A DNA stretch of 50,347 bases from Candidatus Omnitrophota bacterium (GTDB lineage Bacteria > Omnitrophota > Gorgyraeia > 1-14-0-20-64-10): NCBI GenBank assembly GCA_030651065.1, contig JAUSCU010000018.1:1-50347 (forward strand), written 5' to 3'. Position 1 is the stretch's first letter. The number at the start of each line of letters is the position of its first letter. The translations under genes and the position numbers were made by a program. The notes under the pieces are model-generated. The model was not told the origin of the DNA. It was given only the letters and a program-made list of their open reading frames with translations, and searched no databases. Of this stretch, positions 27,569-35,608 are shown one piece after another.

Positions 27569-28593
27569 CCCTACCGAAGCCGAGGGCAAGAATCGCCCTC
27601 GACGGGATGGGGGGAGACCGGGCGCCGGGTGCCGTTGTGGATGGGGCGGTTCAAGCGGCTCGCTCTCTTGACGTCGAGCTGGTCCTCATCGGGCAGAAAG
27701 ACCGGCTCCAGAAAGAGCTGGACCGCTTTCAGCCGCTTCCTCCCAACCTGCGCGTGCAGCACGCCTCCGAGGTGATCAAGATGGCCGAATCCCCGGCCGT
27801 CAGCGTCCGGAAGAAGCCGGATTCCTCTATCTGCCAGATGGTGGAGCTGGCCAAGCGGGGGGAGGTGGACGCCATTGTCAGCGCCGGCAACACCGGCGCG
27901 GTGGTTTGCGCCGCCAGCCTTGGGTTAGGCCTTCTCCAGGGGATTGAGCGGCCCGGTATCGCGGTGGTGATCCCATCGCTGCGCGGCCCGGTGATGGTGA
28001 TCGACGTGGGTGCCAACATCGGGCCGAAACCGGAGCACCTCTTCCAGTACGGCGTCATGGGGTCGATCTACATGCGCCACGTCCTGGAGATCGATAATCC
28101 GGCCGTGGGGTTGTTGAACATCGGCGAAGAAGAATCCAAGGGCACCGACTTCCTGAAAGCCGCTTTCAAACTGCTGGAAGAATCCTCCGTCAACTTCGTC
28201 GGCAACATCGAGGGCCGCGACATCTATTCCGGAAAATGCCACGTCGTCGTGACCGACGGGTTCGTCGGCAACGTGGCACTCAAGGTGTCGGAAGGGATCG
28301 CTTTTACCCTGGCCGAACTGCTCAAGCGGGAGCTGAAAAGAACCCTCTGGAACAAGTTCGGCGCGATGCTGCTGCTGCCGGCTTTCCAGCGGCTGAAGAA
28401 GCAGATGGATTACGCGCAGTACGGCGGGGCGCCGCTCTTGGGGGTCCAGGGGGCCTGTTTCATCTGCCACGGCTCCTCCTCCGCCCGGGCCATCCGCAAC
28501 GCCGTGGCCTCCGCCGCGATGTTCGTCACGCACGGCGTTAACCAGGCGATTCTCGATTCCTCGCATGAATTGCGGAGGGCCTCGGTCGCATGA
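27565..28593 (+). CDS. plsX: phosphate acyltransferase PlsX
   Basis: RIALDGMGGDRAP..., SAGNTGA, VTDGFVGNV. The only canonical start near the conserved N-terminus is the TTG at 27565, which overlaps the rpmF stop (TTGA). Confidence 0.88.
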   Translation: MTLPKPRARIALDGMGGDRAPGAVVDGAVQAARSLDVELVLIGQKDRLQKELDRFQPLPPNLRVQHASEVIKMAESPAVSVRKKPDSSICQMVELAKRGEVDAIVSAGNTGAVVCAASLGLGLLQGIERPGIAVVIPSLRGPVMVIDVGANIGPKPEHLFQYGVMGSIYMRHVLEIDNPAVGLLNIGEEESKGTDFLKAAFKLLEESSVNFVGNIEGRDIYSGKCHVVVTDGFVGNVALKVSEGIAFTLAELLKRELKRTLWNKFGAMLLLPAFQRLKKQMDYAQYGGAPLLGVQGACFICHGSSSARAIRNAVASAAMFVTHGVNQAILDSSHELRRASVA

Positions 28594-29570
28594 CTCAGCC
28601 GGTCGGGTTCCTTGGTCTCGGCTTTTACGTTCCGCAGCGGGTGATGACCAACGCGGAATTGGAGAAGCTGGTCGAAACCTCCGACGAATGGATCCGCACT
28701 CGGACCGGCATCTCCGAGCGGCGGATCGCCGCCGAGGGCGAGAACACCAGCGACCTGGCCCTGAAGGCCACCCAGGCCGCGCTGCAGGATGCCAAGCTCA
28801 AACCCACCGATCTGGACCTGCTCCTCGTGGCCACGATGACGCCGGACATGCCCTGTCCATCGACCGCCTGCATCCTGCAGGCGAAGCTGGGGGCGCCGCA
28901 GGCGGCCGCCATGGACGTGGCCGCCGCCTGTTCCGGCTTCCTCTTTGGGCTCGTCATGGCCCAGCAATTCGTGGCCAGCGGCACTTACAAGCACGTGCTG
29001 GTAGTCGGTGCCGAGGTACTGTCGCGCGTGGTGGACTGGACCGACCGGGGCACCTGCGTGCTGTTCGGCGACGGAGCGGGGGCCGCCGTGATCGGCCGCA
29101 CCGCGCAGGGCAAAATTCTTTCGACCATTCTCGGATCGGACGGCACGAAGGTGGACTTGCTGAAGGTTCCCGGCGGCGGAACGGCCCAGCCGGCTTCCAT
29201 CCAATCGGTCGAGGCGCGCGCGCATTTCCTCAAGATGAACGGCACCGAAGTGTTCAAGCACGCGGTGCGCGGCATGGCAGACGCCGCGCATGAGGCGATC
29301 CGGCGGGCCGGCATCCAGCCGGAACAGGTCACCTGCGTGGTCCCGCATCAGGCCAATGTTCGGATCATTGAGGCGGTGGTGAAGAAGGCCGGTATCCCTA
29401 TGGAAAAGGTTTTCCTGAACGTGGATCGCTACGGAAATATGTCGGCCGCTTCCACGATCGTCGCCCTCTGCGAGGCGGTCCAGTCGGGCCGGATCAAGAA
29501 GGGGGATTATGTCCTGCTGGTCGTCTTCGGCGCCGGCCTCACCTGGGGCGCCGCCGTCCTTCAGTGGTAG
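28590..29570 (+). CDS. fabH: 3-oxoacyl-ACP synthase III
   Basis: TSDEWIRTRTGI, active-site AACSGF, PHQAN and GNMSAAS motifs. Confidence 0.92.
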   Translation: MTQPVGFLGLGFYVPQRVMTNAELEKLVETSDEWIRTRTGISERRIAAEGENTSDLALKATQAALQDAKLKPTDLDLLLVATMTPDMPCPSTACILQAKLGAPQAAAMDVAAACSGFLFGLVMAQQFVASGTYKHVLVVGAEVLSRVVDWTDRGTCVLFGDGAGAAVIGRTAQGKILSTILGSDGTKVDLLKVPGGGTAQPASIQSVEARAHFLKMNGTEVFKHAVRGMADAAHEAIRRAGIQPEQVTCVVPHQANVRIIEAVVKKAGIPMEKVFLNVDRYGNMSAASTIVALCEAVQSGRIKKGDYVLLVVFGAGLTWGAAVLQW

Positions 29571-31357
29571 TTCCTTCGTTCGACCGTCCGACCCGCCTGC
29601 TGGTCCTGATCGGTTTCCTCCAAGGCTCTCTTCTCTTCTGGATGCACAAGCTGCTGGAATGGCACGCCTGGCCGTCCACCAAGCCTTCTGTGCTTATCAC
29701 CTGGTACACGCTCGTGTTCGCGGTTCCGCTGGCATTGCAGCTAATGGCAGACCATCTCGTTGAATCCCGGGCCTGGAAATTCGCCGCCGGTCTGGCGGGG
29801 ACGCTGGCCGTTTTGAGCGTTTACACGGCCCGGACCGTCTTTCCGGGCAGCGGAACGAGTCCGGATGCTTTCTTTGAGTCTGGGGCCTACTTCATTCCCA
29901 CAGTGGTGCTGGCTTGGTACGTGGTTCTCCCCTTCGCCCAGGCTTGGCTTAAGAACAAGCAGGCCCGCTTCCCGTACCCGGACCTCTTTCAGTTTTCCTG
30001 GAACAATATCCTGGTCATCCTGACCGCAGGGTTTTATACCTCGCTTTTCTGGGGGTCCTTGGCGTTGTGGGCGTCTATGTTCAAAATCATCCACATTGAT
30101 TTTTTCGCGGAGCTGTTCACGGAGACCTGGTTTATCTATCTGGTGACCGGCGGCGTGTTCGGGTTCGCTTTGGCGAACGGGCGCTCACAGAAAGGGCTCG
30201 TGACCAATCTGCGCACGACGATGTTGGTGATGTTCCGGAACCTCCTTCCGCTGCCGGCTTTCATCGCGCTGATTTTCCTGGCGGCGCTGCCGTTTGCCGG
30301 CCTTCAGCCGTTATGGGACACCAACCATGCCACGCTGTTGATGCTCAACCTGCAGCTCTACGTCGTGTTCTTTCTGAACGCCGTGTACCAGGACGGCCGC
30401 CAGGAGACTCCCCCGTACCCTCTTCCGGTCCGCTTCCTGGTGGAGGCCGGCGTGATTGTTCTGCCGGTCTATTCGGCACTGAGCTTTTACGCGCTCGGGC
30501 TTCGGGTCGCCCAGCATGGATGGTCCGTCAGCCGGGTTTTCGCGGCGCTGGCCGTCTTCATCATGGCCCTCTACGTCACCGGTTATGCCCGGTCAATATT
30601 GAGATGGGAATCACCCTGGATGAAGGGTGCCGCGCGGATAAACGTCCGGATCGCGGCGGTAGTGATCGCATTGGCGGTGCTGGTCAACACGCCGATCTTG
30701 GACCCGCGACTGATTACGGTCCGCAGCCAAGTGGCGCGGCTCAAATCGGGTGCCGTGAGTGCCGAGAAGTTCGATTATGACTACTTCCGGTTTTTGCTGG
30801 GCAAGCCGGGGCGGGACGCGCTGGTCCGGTTAGCCAAGCTGGAGGGACACCCCCAGGCGGAAACGATCCGGTCAAAGGCAGCCGCCGCTCTGGACAAAAA
30901 GAACCGCTGGGAAAATCCAGCCACCGGGGTCCAAACGGTGGAAGAGCTGGAGAAAGGGATGAAATTATTTCCTTCCGGAAAGGTTTGGGACCGGAGTTTC
31001 CTGGAATTTCTATTGGAAGGAAAAGAAGCCTATAGGCACTATTGGGTTGGCGGCCGGGTGTTGGCCGTCGATTTAAATAAGGATTCCGCGGAGGAGTACG
31101 TCCTCTTCAAGCCTTATCATCACGGCCAGAATCTTCTCTTCGCGCGCACGGAGACCGGATGGAAAGAAGTCGGCCGCCTTGTTTCGGCGGACTCTGATTT
31201 TCAGGACGCCAACTTCGAAAAACAGCTTTCAAACTGCCAGGTCCTCCTCTCGCAATGGAATGAATTGCGAATTGGGGAGCAGACATACCAAGTGTTTCCA
31301 AAATCGTCCGATACGACGCAACCCGGCCCGGACATCCCAATGACGTCTATTGATTGA
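29564..31357 (+). CDS. polytopic membrane protein with C-terminal soluble domain, unknown function (possibly DUF4153-like)
   Basis: 597 aa: about 10 hydrophobic segments over the first 370 aa, then a hydrophilic tail of about 220 aa. The GTG start overlaps the fabH stop by 7 nt, and the stop overlaps the fabD ATG by 1 nt. The family guess is from memory only. Confidence 0.5.
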   Translation: MVVPSFDRPTRLLVLIGFLQGSLLFWMHKLLEWHAWPSTKPSVLITWYTLVFAVPLALQLMADHLVESRAWKFAAGLAGTLAVLSVYTARTVFPGSGTSPDAFFESGAYFIPTVVLAWYVVLPFAQAWLKNKQARFPYPDLFQFSWNNILVILTAGFYTSLFWGSLALWASMFKIIHIDFFAELFTETWFIYLVTGGVFGFALANGRSQKGLVTNLRTTMLVMFRNLLPLPAFIALIFLAALPFAGLQPLWDTNHATLLMLNLQLYVVFFLNAVYQDGRQETPPYPLPVRFLVEAGVIVLPVYSALSFYALGLRVAQHGWSVSRVFAALAVFIMALYVTGYARSILRWESPWMKGAARINVRIAAVVIALAVLVNTPILDPRLITVRSQVARLKSGAVSAEKFDYDYFRFLLGKPGRDALVRLAKLEGHPQAETIRSKAAAALDKKNRWENPATGVQTVEELEKGMKLFPSGKVWDRSFLEFLLEGKEAYRHYWVGGRVLAVDLNKDSAEEYVLFKPYHHGQNLLFARTETGWKEVGRLVSADSDFQDANFEKQLSNCQVLLSQWNELRIGEQTYQVFPKSSDTTQPGPDIPMTSID

Positions 31358-32277
31358 TGACCCCCTTCGCGTTGTTGTTTCCCGGCCAAGGGGCGCAGTC
31401 GGTTGGGATGGGCAAGGAGCTGGCGGAGGCGTTCCCGATCGCCCGCGCCCGATTCGATGAGGCCGATTCCATTCTGGGCTATTCTTTAAGCAAGCTTTGC
31501 TGGGAAGGCCCGGCAGAGGAGCTCACCCGCACCGAGCATTGCCAGCCGGCTCTTTATGTCACCTCGATGGCGGCTCTCGCCGCGCTGGAATCCTTGGGCC
31601 CCGTGAAACCCTCCGCCGCGGCCGGCTTGAGCCTCGGCGAGTACACAGCGCTGGCCGCGGCCGGAGCCGTGAGCTTCGCCGATGGATTGAAACTGGTCCG
31701 GCTGCGGGGCCAGGCGATGGAGGAGGCGGCCCGGGCTCGCCCGGGTACGATGGCCTCCGTGCTGGGGCTTGATCTGGAGCAGCTCCAAGGGGTCTGCGCG
31801 GAGACCGGTGCTCAGGTGGCCAACCTCAATTCGCCGGGGCAGGTGGTGATCTCCGGCACCGCCGAGTCGGTGGCTGCCGCCTCCGCCAAGGCCAAGGAGA
31901 AGGGGGCCAAGCGGGTGATCCCGCTGGAGGTGGGGGGCGCGTTTCATTCCCGGCTCATGGAGCCGGCCGGCCTCCGGCTCCGGCAGGGGCTTCAGAGTTT
32001 TGCTGTCCAGGCTCCCCGCTATCCGGTGGCCAGCAACGTGACCGGCGCTTACCACGGAGACCCGGCCCAGATCCGGGAGCTGCTGGTCCGGCAGCTGACC
32101 GAACCGGTGCAGTGGATCGCCTGCGTTCGGACGATGGCGGAGAAAGACATCAAGACCTATGTAGAGGTAGGCTCCGGGACCGTGCTCAAGGGGTTGGTTC
32201 GGAAGATCGACCCCGAAGCGGCCGTCTATTCGGCCGGCACGCCGGAGGAAATTCGAGGGTGGAGATTCGAAGCTTGA
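31357..32277 (+). CDS. fabD: malonyl-CoA:ACP transacylase
   Basis: FPGQGAQSVGMG, GLSLGEYTAL (active-site Ser), GAFHS. Confidence 0.9.
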   Translation: MTPFALLFPGQGAQSVGMGKELAEAFPIARARFDEADSILGYSLSKLCWEGPAEELTRTEHCQPALYVTSMAALAALESLGPVKPSAAAGLSLGEYTALAAAGAVSFADGLKLVRLRGQAMEEAARARPGTMASVLGLDLEQLQGVCAETGAQVANLNSPGQVVISGTAESVAAASAKAKEKGAKRVIPLEVGGAFHSRLMEPAGLRLRQGLQSFAVQAPRYPVASNVTGAYHGDPAQIRELLVRQLTEPVQWIACVRTMAEKDIKTYVEVGSGTVLKGLVRKIDPEAAVYSAGTPEEIRGWRFEA

Positions 32278-32301
32278 CAAACCAAACCGGGTGGTTATAG
32301 T
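32274..32301 (+). promoter_or_regulatory. sigma70-like promoter for acpP: TTGACA-16 nt-TATAGT
   Basis: TTGACA at 32274-32279 overlaps the fabD stop. TATAGT at 32296-32301. AGGAGG RBS at 32317-32322 before the acpP ATG. Confidence 0.45.
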
Positions 32302-32326
32302 AGACTAATTCAATTCAGGAGGAACC

Positions 32327-32572
32327 ATGAGCGTACCGGAAAAAGTTAAGAATATCATTGCCGAGCAGTTGGGCGTCAAGCCCGAGGAAGTAACCCCGGA
32401 AGCCAAGTTCATTGACGACCTGGGAGCCGATTCTCTTGACACTGTTGAGCTTGTGATGGCCCTCGAGGAAGAGTTTGGGATCGAAATCCCGGACGAAGAG
32501 GCCGAGAAGCTCGTCACCGTGGGTGACGCCGTCAAGTACATCGGGGAGAAGGCCGGCCAGAAGGCCTCGTGA
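32327..32572 (+). CDS. acpP: acyl carrier protein
   Basis: [29 protein letters not shown] with the phosphopantetheine Ser. Confidence 0.95.
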   Translation: MSVPEKVKNIIAEQLGVKPEEVTPEAKFIDDLGADSLDTVELVMALEEEFGIEIPDEEAEKLVTVGDAVKYIGEKAGQKAS

Positions 32573-32581
32573 CCCTGCTTC

Positions 32582-33829
32582 GTGCAGAAACGCCGCCGAG
32601 TCGTCGTGACCGGCCTGGGAGTGATCTCGCCGGTAGGGAACACGCTTCAAGAAGCCTGGTCTTCCCTCGTTCAGGGAAAGACCGGTGCCGGCCCGCTCAC
32701 TCTTTTTGACGCCTCGAAGTATCCCACCCGCTTCGGGGCGGAAGTAAAGAACTTCGACCCCGCGCTCTACCTCACTCCCAAGGAGTCCAAGCACTCCGAC
32801 CGGTTCGTTCAGTTCGCGGTGGCCGCCGCCAAGCAAGCGGTGGCCGACGCCAAGCTGGACATGTCCAAGGAGGATGCGTCCCGTGTCGGCGTCTGGATCG
32901 GCACCGGCATGGGGGGCCTCTCCACTATCGAGGAGGGCTACCGGGACCTGCAGACCCGGGGCCCGGCTAAGGTGCGCCCCTTCTTTATCCCGATGATCAT
33001 CTGCAACATGGCATCCGGACAGGTCTCGATCAACCTGGGGGCCAAAGGTCCCAACTCTTGCACGGTCAGCGCCTGCGCCTCCAGCGCCCACGCGATCGGC
33101 GACGCGCTCGAAATCATTGACCGTGGGTCCGCCGACGTGATGATTGCCGGTGGGTCTGAATGCGCGATCACGATGCTGGGTGTGGCCGGTTTCTGCGCGC
33201 TCAAAGCCCTTTCCACCCGCAACGACGATCCAAAGACGGCCAGCCGGCCGTTCGACAAGACCCGCGACGGTTTCGTGATCGCCGAGGGGGCCGCCATGCT
33301 GGTGCTGGAGGAGTTGGAGCACGCCAAGGCGCGCGGCGCTCACATCTACGGCGAGCTGATCGGCTACGGGATGACCGGAGACGCGTACCACATCACGGCT
33401 CCGGACCCGGACGGCACGGGGGCTGCCGGCGCCATGAAGATGGCGCTGGAGGATGCCGATCTCTCGCCCAAAGACATTTCCTACATCAACGCGCACGGCA
33501 CCTCCACAAATCTCAACGACAAGATCGAAACCAAGGCGATCAAAATGGTCATGGGGGACCAGGCCCACAAGATCCCTGTCAGCTCCACCAAGTCGGTGAC
33601 CGGCCACCTGCTGGGGGCCGCTGCCGCCATCGAGTTTGTCGCCTGCTGCATGGCGATCAAGGACCAGATCATCCCCCCCACCATCAATTACACGACGCCG
33701 GACCCGGAGTGCGACCTGGACTACGTTCCGAACGAGGCCCGCAAGGCAAAGATCTCCGTCTGCCTCAGCAACTCGCTCGGTTTCGGCGGCCACAACGTTT
33801 CTCTGATCGTCAGGAAATTCGAGGGCTAA
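32582..33829 (+). CDS. fabF: 3-oxoacyl-ACP synthase II
   Basis: RRVVVTGLG, active-site ACASS, HGTSTNLND, GHLLGAAG, NSLGFGGHN. Confidence 0.93.
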   Translation: MQKRRRVVVTGLGVISPVGNTLQEAWSSLVQGKTGAGPLTLFDASKYPTRFGAEVKNFDPALYLTPKESKHSDRFVQFAVAAAKQAVADAKLDMSKEDASRVGVWIGTGMGGLSTIEEGYRDLQTRGPAKVRPFFIPMIICNMASGQVSINLGAKGPNSCTVSACASSAHAIGDALEIIDRGSADVMIAGGSECAITMLGVAGFCALKALSTRNDDPKTASRPFDKTRDGFVIAEGAAMLVLEELEHAKARGAHIYGELIGYGMTGDAYHITAPDPDGTGAAGAMKMALEDADLSPKDISYINAHGTSTNLNDKIETKAIKMVMGDQAHKIPVSSTKSVTGHLLGAAAAIEFVACCMAIKDQIIPPTINYTTPDPECDLDYVPNEARKAKISVCLSNSLGFGGHNVSLIVRKFEG

Positions 33830-34597
33830 ATGCTGCTGCAAGGCAAAAAAGGTTTGATCGTCGGCGTTGCCAACAAGCGCTCCATCGCTTGGGCCATCGC
33901 GCAGGCCGCCCACCGGGAAGGGGCTCAACTGGCCTTCACCTATCAGGGGGAGCGGCTCAAGGAATCGGTCGGGGAGCTGGCCGCCGGCCTGGGGGGCAGC
34001 TCTCCTTTATATGAGTGCGACGTTACCAACGACGCGCAGATGGACCAGGTCTTTGCCGGCATCAAAAGCGCCTGGGGAAGCATGGATTTCCTGGTGCACG
34101 CGGTCGCTTTCGCCAAACGGGAGGAGTTGGAGGGGGATTTCCTCCCGACCTCCCGGGAAGGATTCCGGCTGGCGCTGGACGTCTCGGCCTACAGCCTGAC
34201 GGCGCTGGCCCAGCGCGCGGTGCCCCTCATGACCGACGGCGGCAGCATCGTGGCCCTCACCTACTACGGCGCCGAAAAGGTAATCCCCCGGTACAATATC
34301 ATGGGGGTGGCCAAGTCGGCCCTCGAGGCCTCCATCCGCTACCTGGCATTCGACGTCGGCCCCAAGAAGATCCGGGTCAACGGTCTTTCCGCCGGGCCGG
34401 TCCAGACCTTGGCCGCCCGCGGCATCTCCGGGTTCACCGATATGATGAAGATCGTGGAGGGGAAGGCCCCCCTGCGGCGCAACGTCCAGATCGAAGAGGT
34501 GGCCAACGCGGCCGCCTTCCTGCTTTCCCCCCTCTCCTCCGGTATCACCGGGGAGATCCTCTACGTGGATTGCGGCTACAACATCCTCGGGATGTAA
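33830..34597 (+). CDS. fabI: enoyl-ACP reductase (NADH), FabI type
   Basis: [23 protein letters not shown]......[12 protein letters not shown] (Y-x6-K), GPVQTLAA. Confidence 0.9.
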   Translation: MLLQGKKGLIVGVANKRSIAWAIAQAAHREGAQLAFTYQGERLKESVGELAAGLGGSSPLYECDVTNDAQMDQVFAGIKSAWGSMDFLVHAVAFAKREELEGDFLPTSREGFRLALDVSAYSLTALAQRAVPLMTDGGSIVALTYYGAEKVIPRYNIMGVAKSALEASIRYLAFDVGPKKIRVNGLSAGPVQTLAARGISGFTDMMKIVEGKAPLRRNVQIEEVANAAAFLLSPLSSGITGEILYVDCGYNILGM

Positions 34598-34630
34598 TTT
34601 GTTAGTAGTAACATCTTTTAGTTACAGATC

Positions 34631-34660
34631 TTGACGTTTCGGTCAGTTACAGGCCATACT
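34631..34660 (+). promoter_or_regulatory. possible sigma70-like promoter TTGACG-18 nt-CATACT, facing the 280-nt element
   Basis: Lies in the AT-rich spacer after fabI. The -35 is 5/6 and the -10 is 4/6 to consensus. It would start transcription about 10-15 nt before 34679. Confidence 0.3.
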
Positions 34661-34678
34661 TAATTTGAGCGGCATTTT

Positions 34679-34958
34679 AGAGCCGGCTTCGCAACCTCGC
34701 GTGAACCGCATTGCGAGTGCCGGGCCGCTGGATTCAAGGAACGACGACGACGGCGTATCCACGGGGCGATACGCCGAGGAGGAGTGACGCTGAAGACGGC
34801 GGCCCGCCACCGCAACCCGAAGGGCTGGGCGGATTTGCTTCGTTGCGCTGCGTTGCTCGTCGTCGACGTAGTGCTGGGTCGACTACGCCTCCTCCTCGCG
34901 CCTTGCGCGACTCGCAACTGCGCCCAGTGCGGCCACGGGAGGTTGTGAAACCGGCTCT
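34679..34958 (+). other. 280-nt GC-rich element closed by a 20-position terminal stem: candidate structured ncRNA or MITE
   Basis: agagccggcttcgcaacctc (34679-34698) pairs with gaggttgtgaaaccggctct (34939-34958): 18 Watson-Crick pairs, 1 G-U, 1 C-A. Further internal helices are listed in the findings, and the apex at about 34819 is the exact midpoint. No convincing ORF. Strand not established. Confidence 0.5.
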
Positions 34959-35008
34959 TATGCGCTTTTTCTTTTGTAGGCTTCTTTAAGGGTTCAACAA
35001 AGGGGTGA

Positions 35009-35542
35009 ATGAGAATGAATAAGCGGTGGGTGATGGGGATGGCGATGGCGCTAAGCTTGGGCGGAGCCTGCCCGGCGATGGCGGCCACCTCACTCCCGGA
35101 GCCTGAAAAAGAGCTTACCGAGAAGATGGAGAAACAGATGCTGGAGTTCGTTCGGAACAACTACCCCCACCGGATGACCAGCGCGGTCAGGAGCATGCAG
35201 AACCAGGAAAGCAAGCTCCGGAAGACTCTGACGGAGGCCGCGCAGTTTTTTGAAGGGTTTGCCGTGGGCCCGGTCCGAATGGAAGGTCGATGGGAAGGGA
35301 CCGGATGCGGCGCCCGGTACATGCTCCTGAGCGTGGTACGCGGCGTGCAGAATTACCCGAACGCGACCGTTTCCTTTAAGACGTATCCCGGCCTGTTCCG
35401 GCCGTTCACCGTGGTGCAGGTGGACGCCGACAGCGACGGAAAAGTGGAGGAACAGTCCACCGCGCTTTGTAAACGGGAAAAAATGCTGGAGTGGCTCTCC
35501 GAGCGGTTCCCCCAGGCGGTCTGCCTGGTCCGCAAGAAGTAA
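35009..35542 (+). CDS. exported hypothetical protein
   Basis: 177 aa with signal peptide ...MALSLGGACPAMAAT. AAAGGGG RBS. No recognisable family. Confidence 0.5.
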   Translation: MRMNKRWVMGMAMALSLGGACPAMAATSLPEPEKELTEKMEKQMLEFVRNNYPHRMTSAVRSMQNQESKLRKTLTEAAQFFEGFAVGPVRMEGRWEGTGCGARYMLLSVVRGVQNYPNATVSFKTYPGLFRPFTVVQVDADSDGKVEEQSTALCKREKMLEWLSERFPQAVCLVRKK

Positions 35543-35553
35543 ATTTTCTCCGC

Positions 35554-35582
35554 TTGACATTCCGTCTTCCTTCTGCATAATT
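35554..35582 (+). promoter_or_regulatory. sigma70-like promoter for smc: TTGACA-16/17 nt-CATAAT(T)
   Basis: TTGACA at 35554-35559 and CATAAT at 35576-35581. GAAGGAGG RBS at 35598-35605 and the GTG start at 35609. Confidence 0.45.
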
Positions 35583-35608
35583 ATGTCTACTCCCCGAGAA
35601 GGAGGAGT

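Noticed and set aside
32315-33928. 537-aa ORF on the minus strand, antisense to acpP and fabF
   Set aside because: It lies opposite two unmistakable, motif-rich genes. Its translation is Arg/Gly/His/Asp/Pro-rich with no recognisable domain. Long antisense ORFs like this are typical of high-GC DNA.
34711-34989. 92-aa + strand ORF and 166-aa minus-strand ORF (34660-35160) across the 280-nt element
   Set aside because: There is no RBS, the composition is R/P/G-rich junk, and the minus ORF overlaps the downstream exported-protein gene. The region is better explained as structured or repetitive non-coding DNA.
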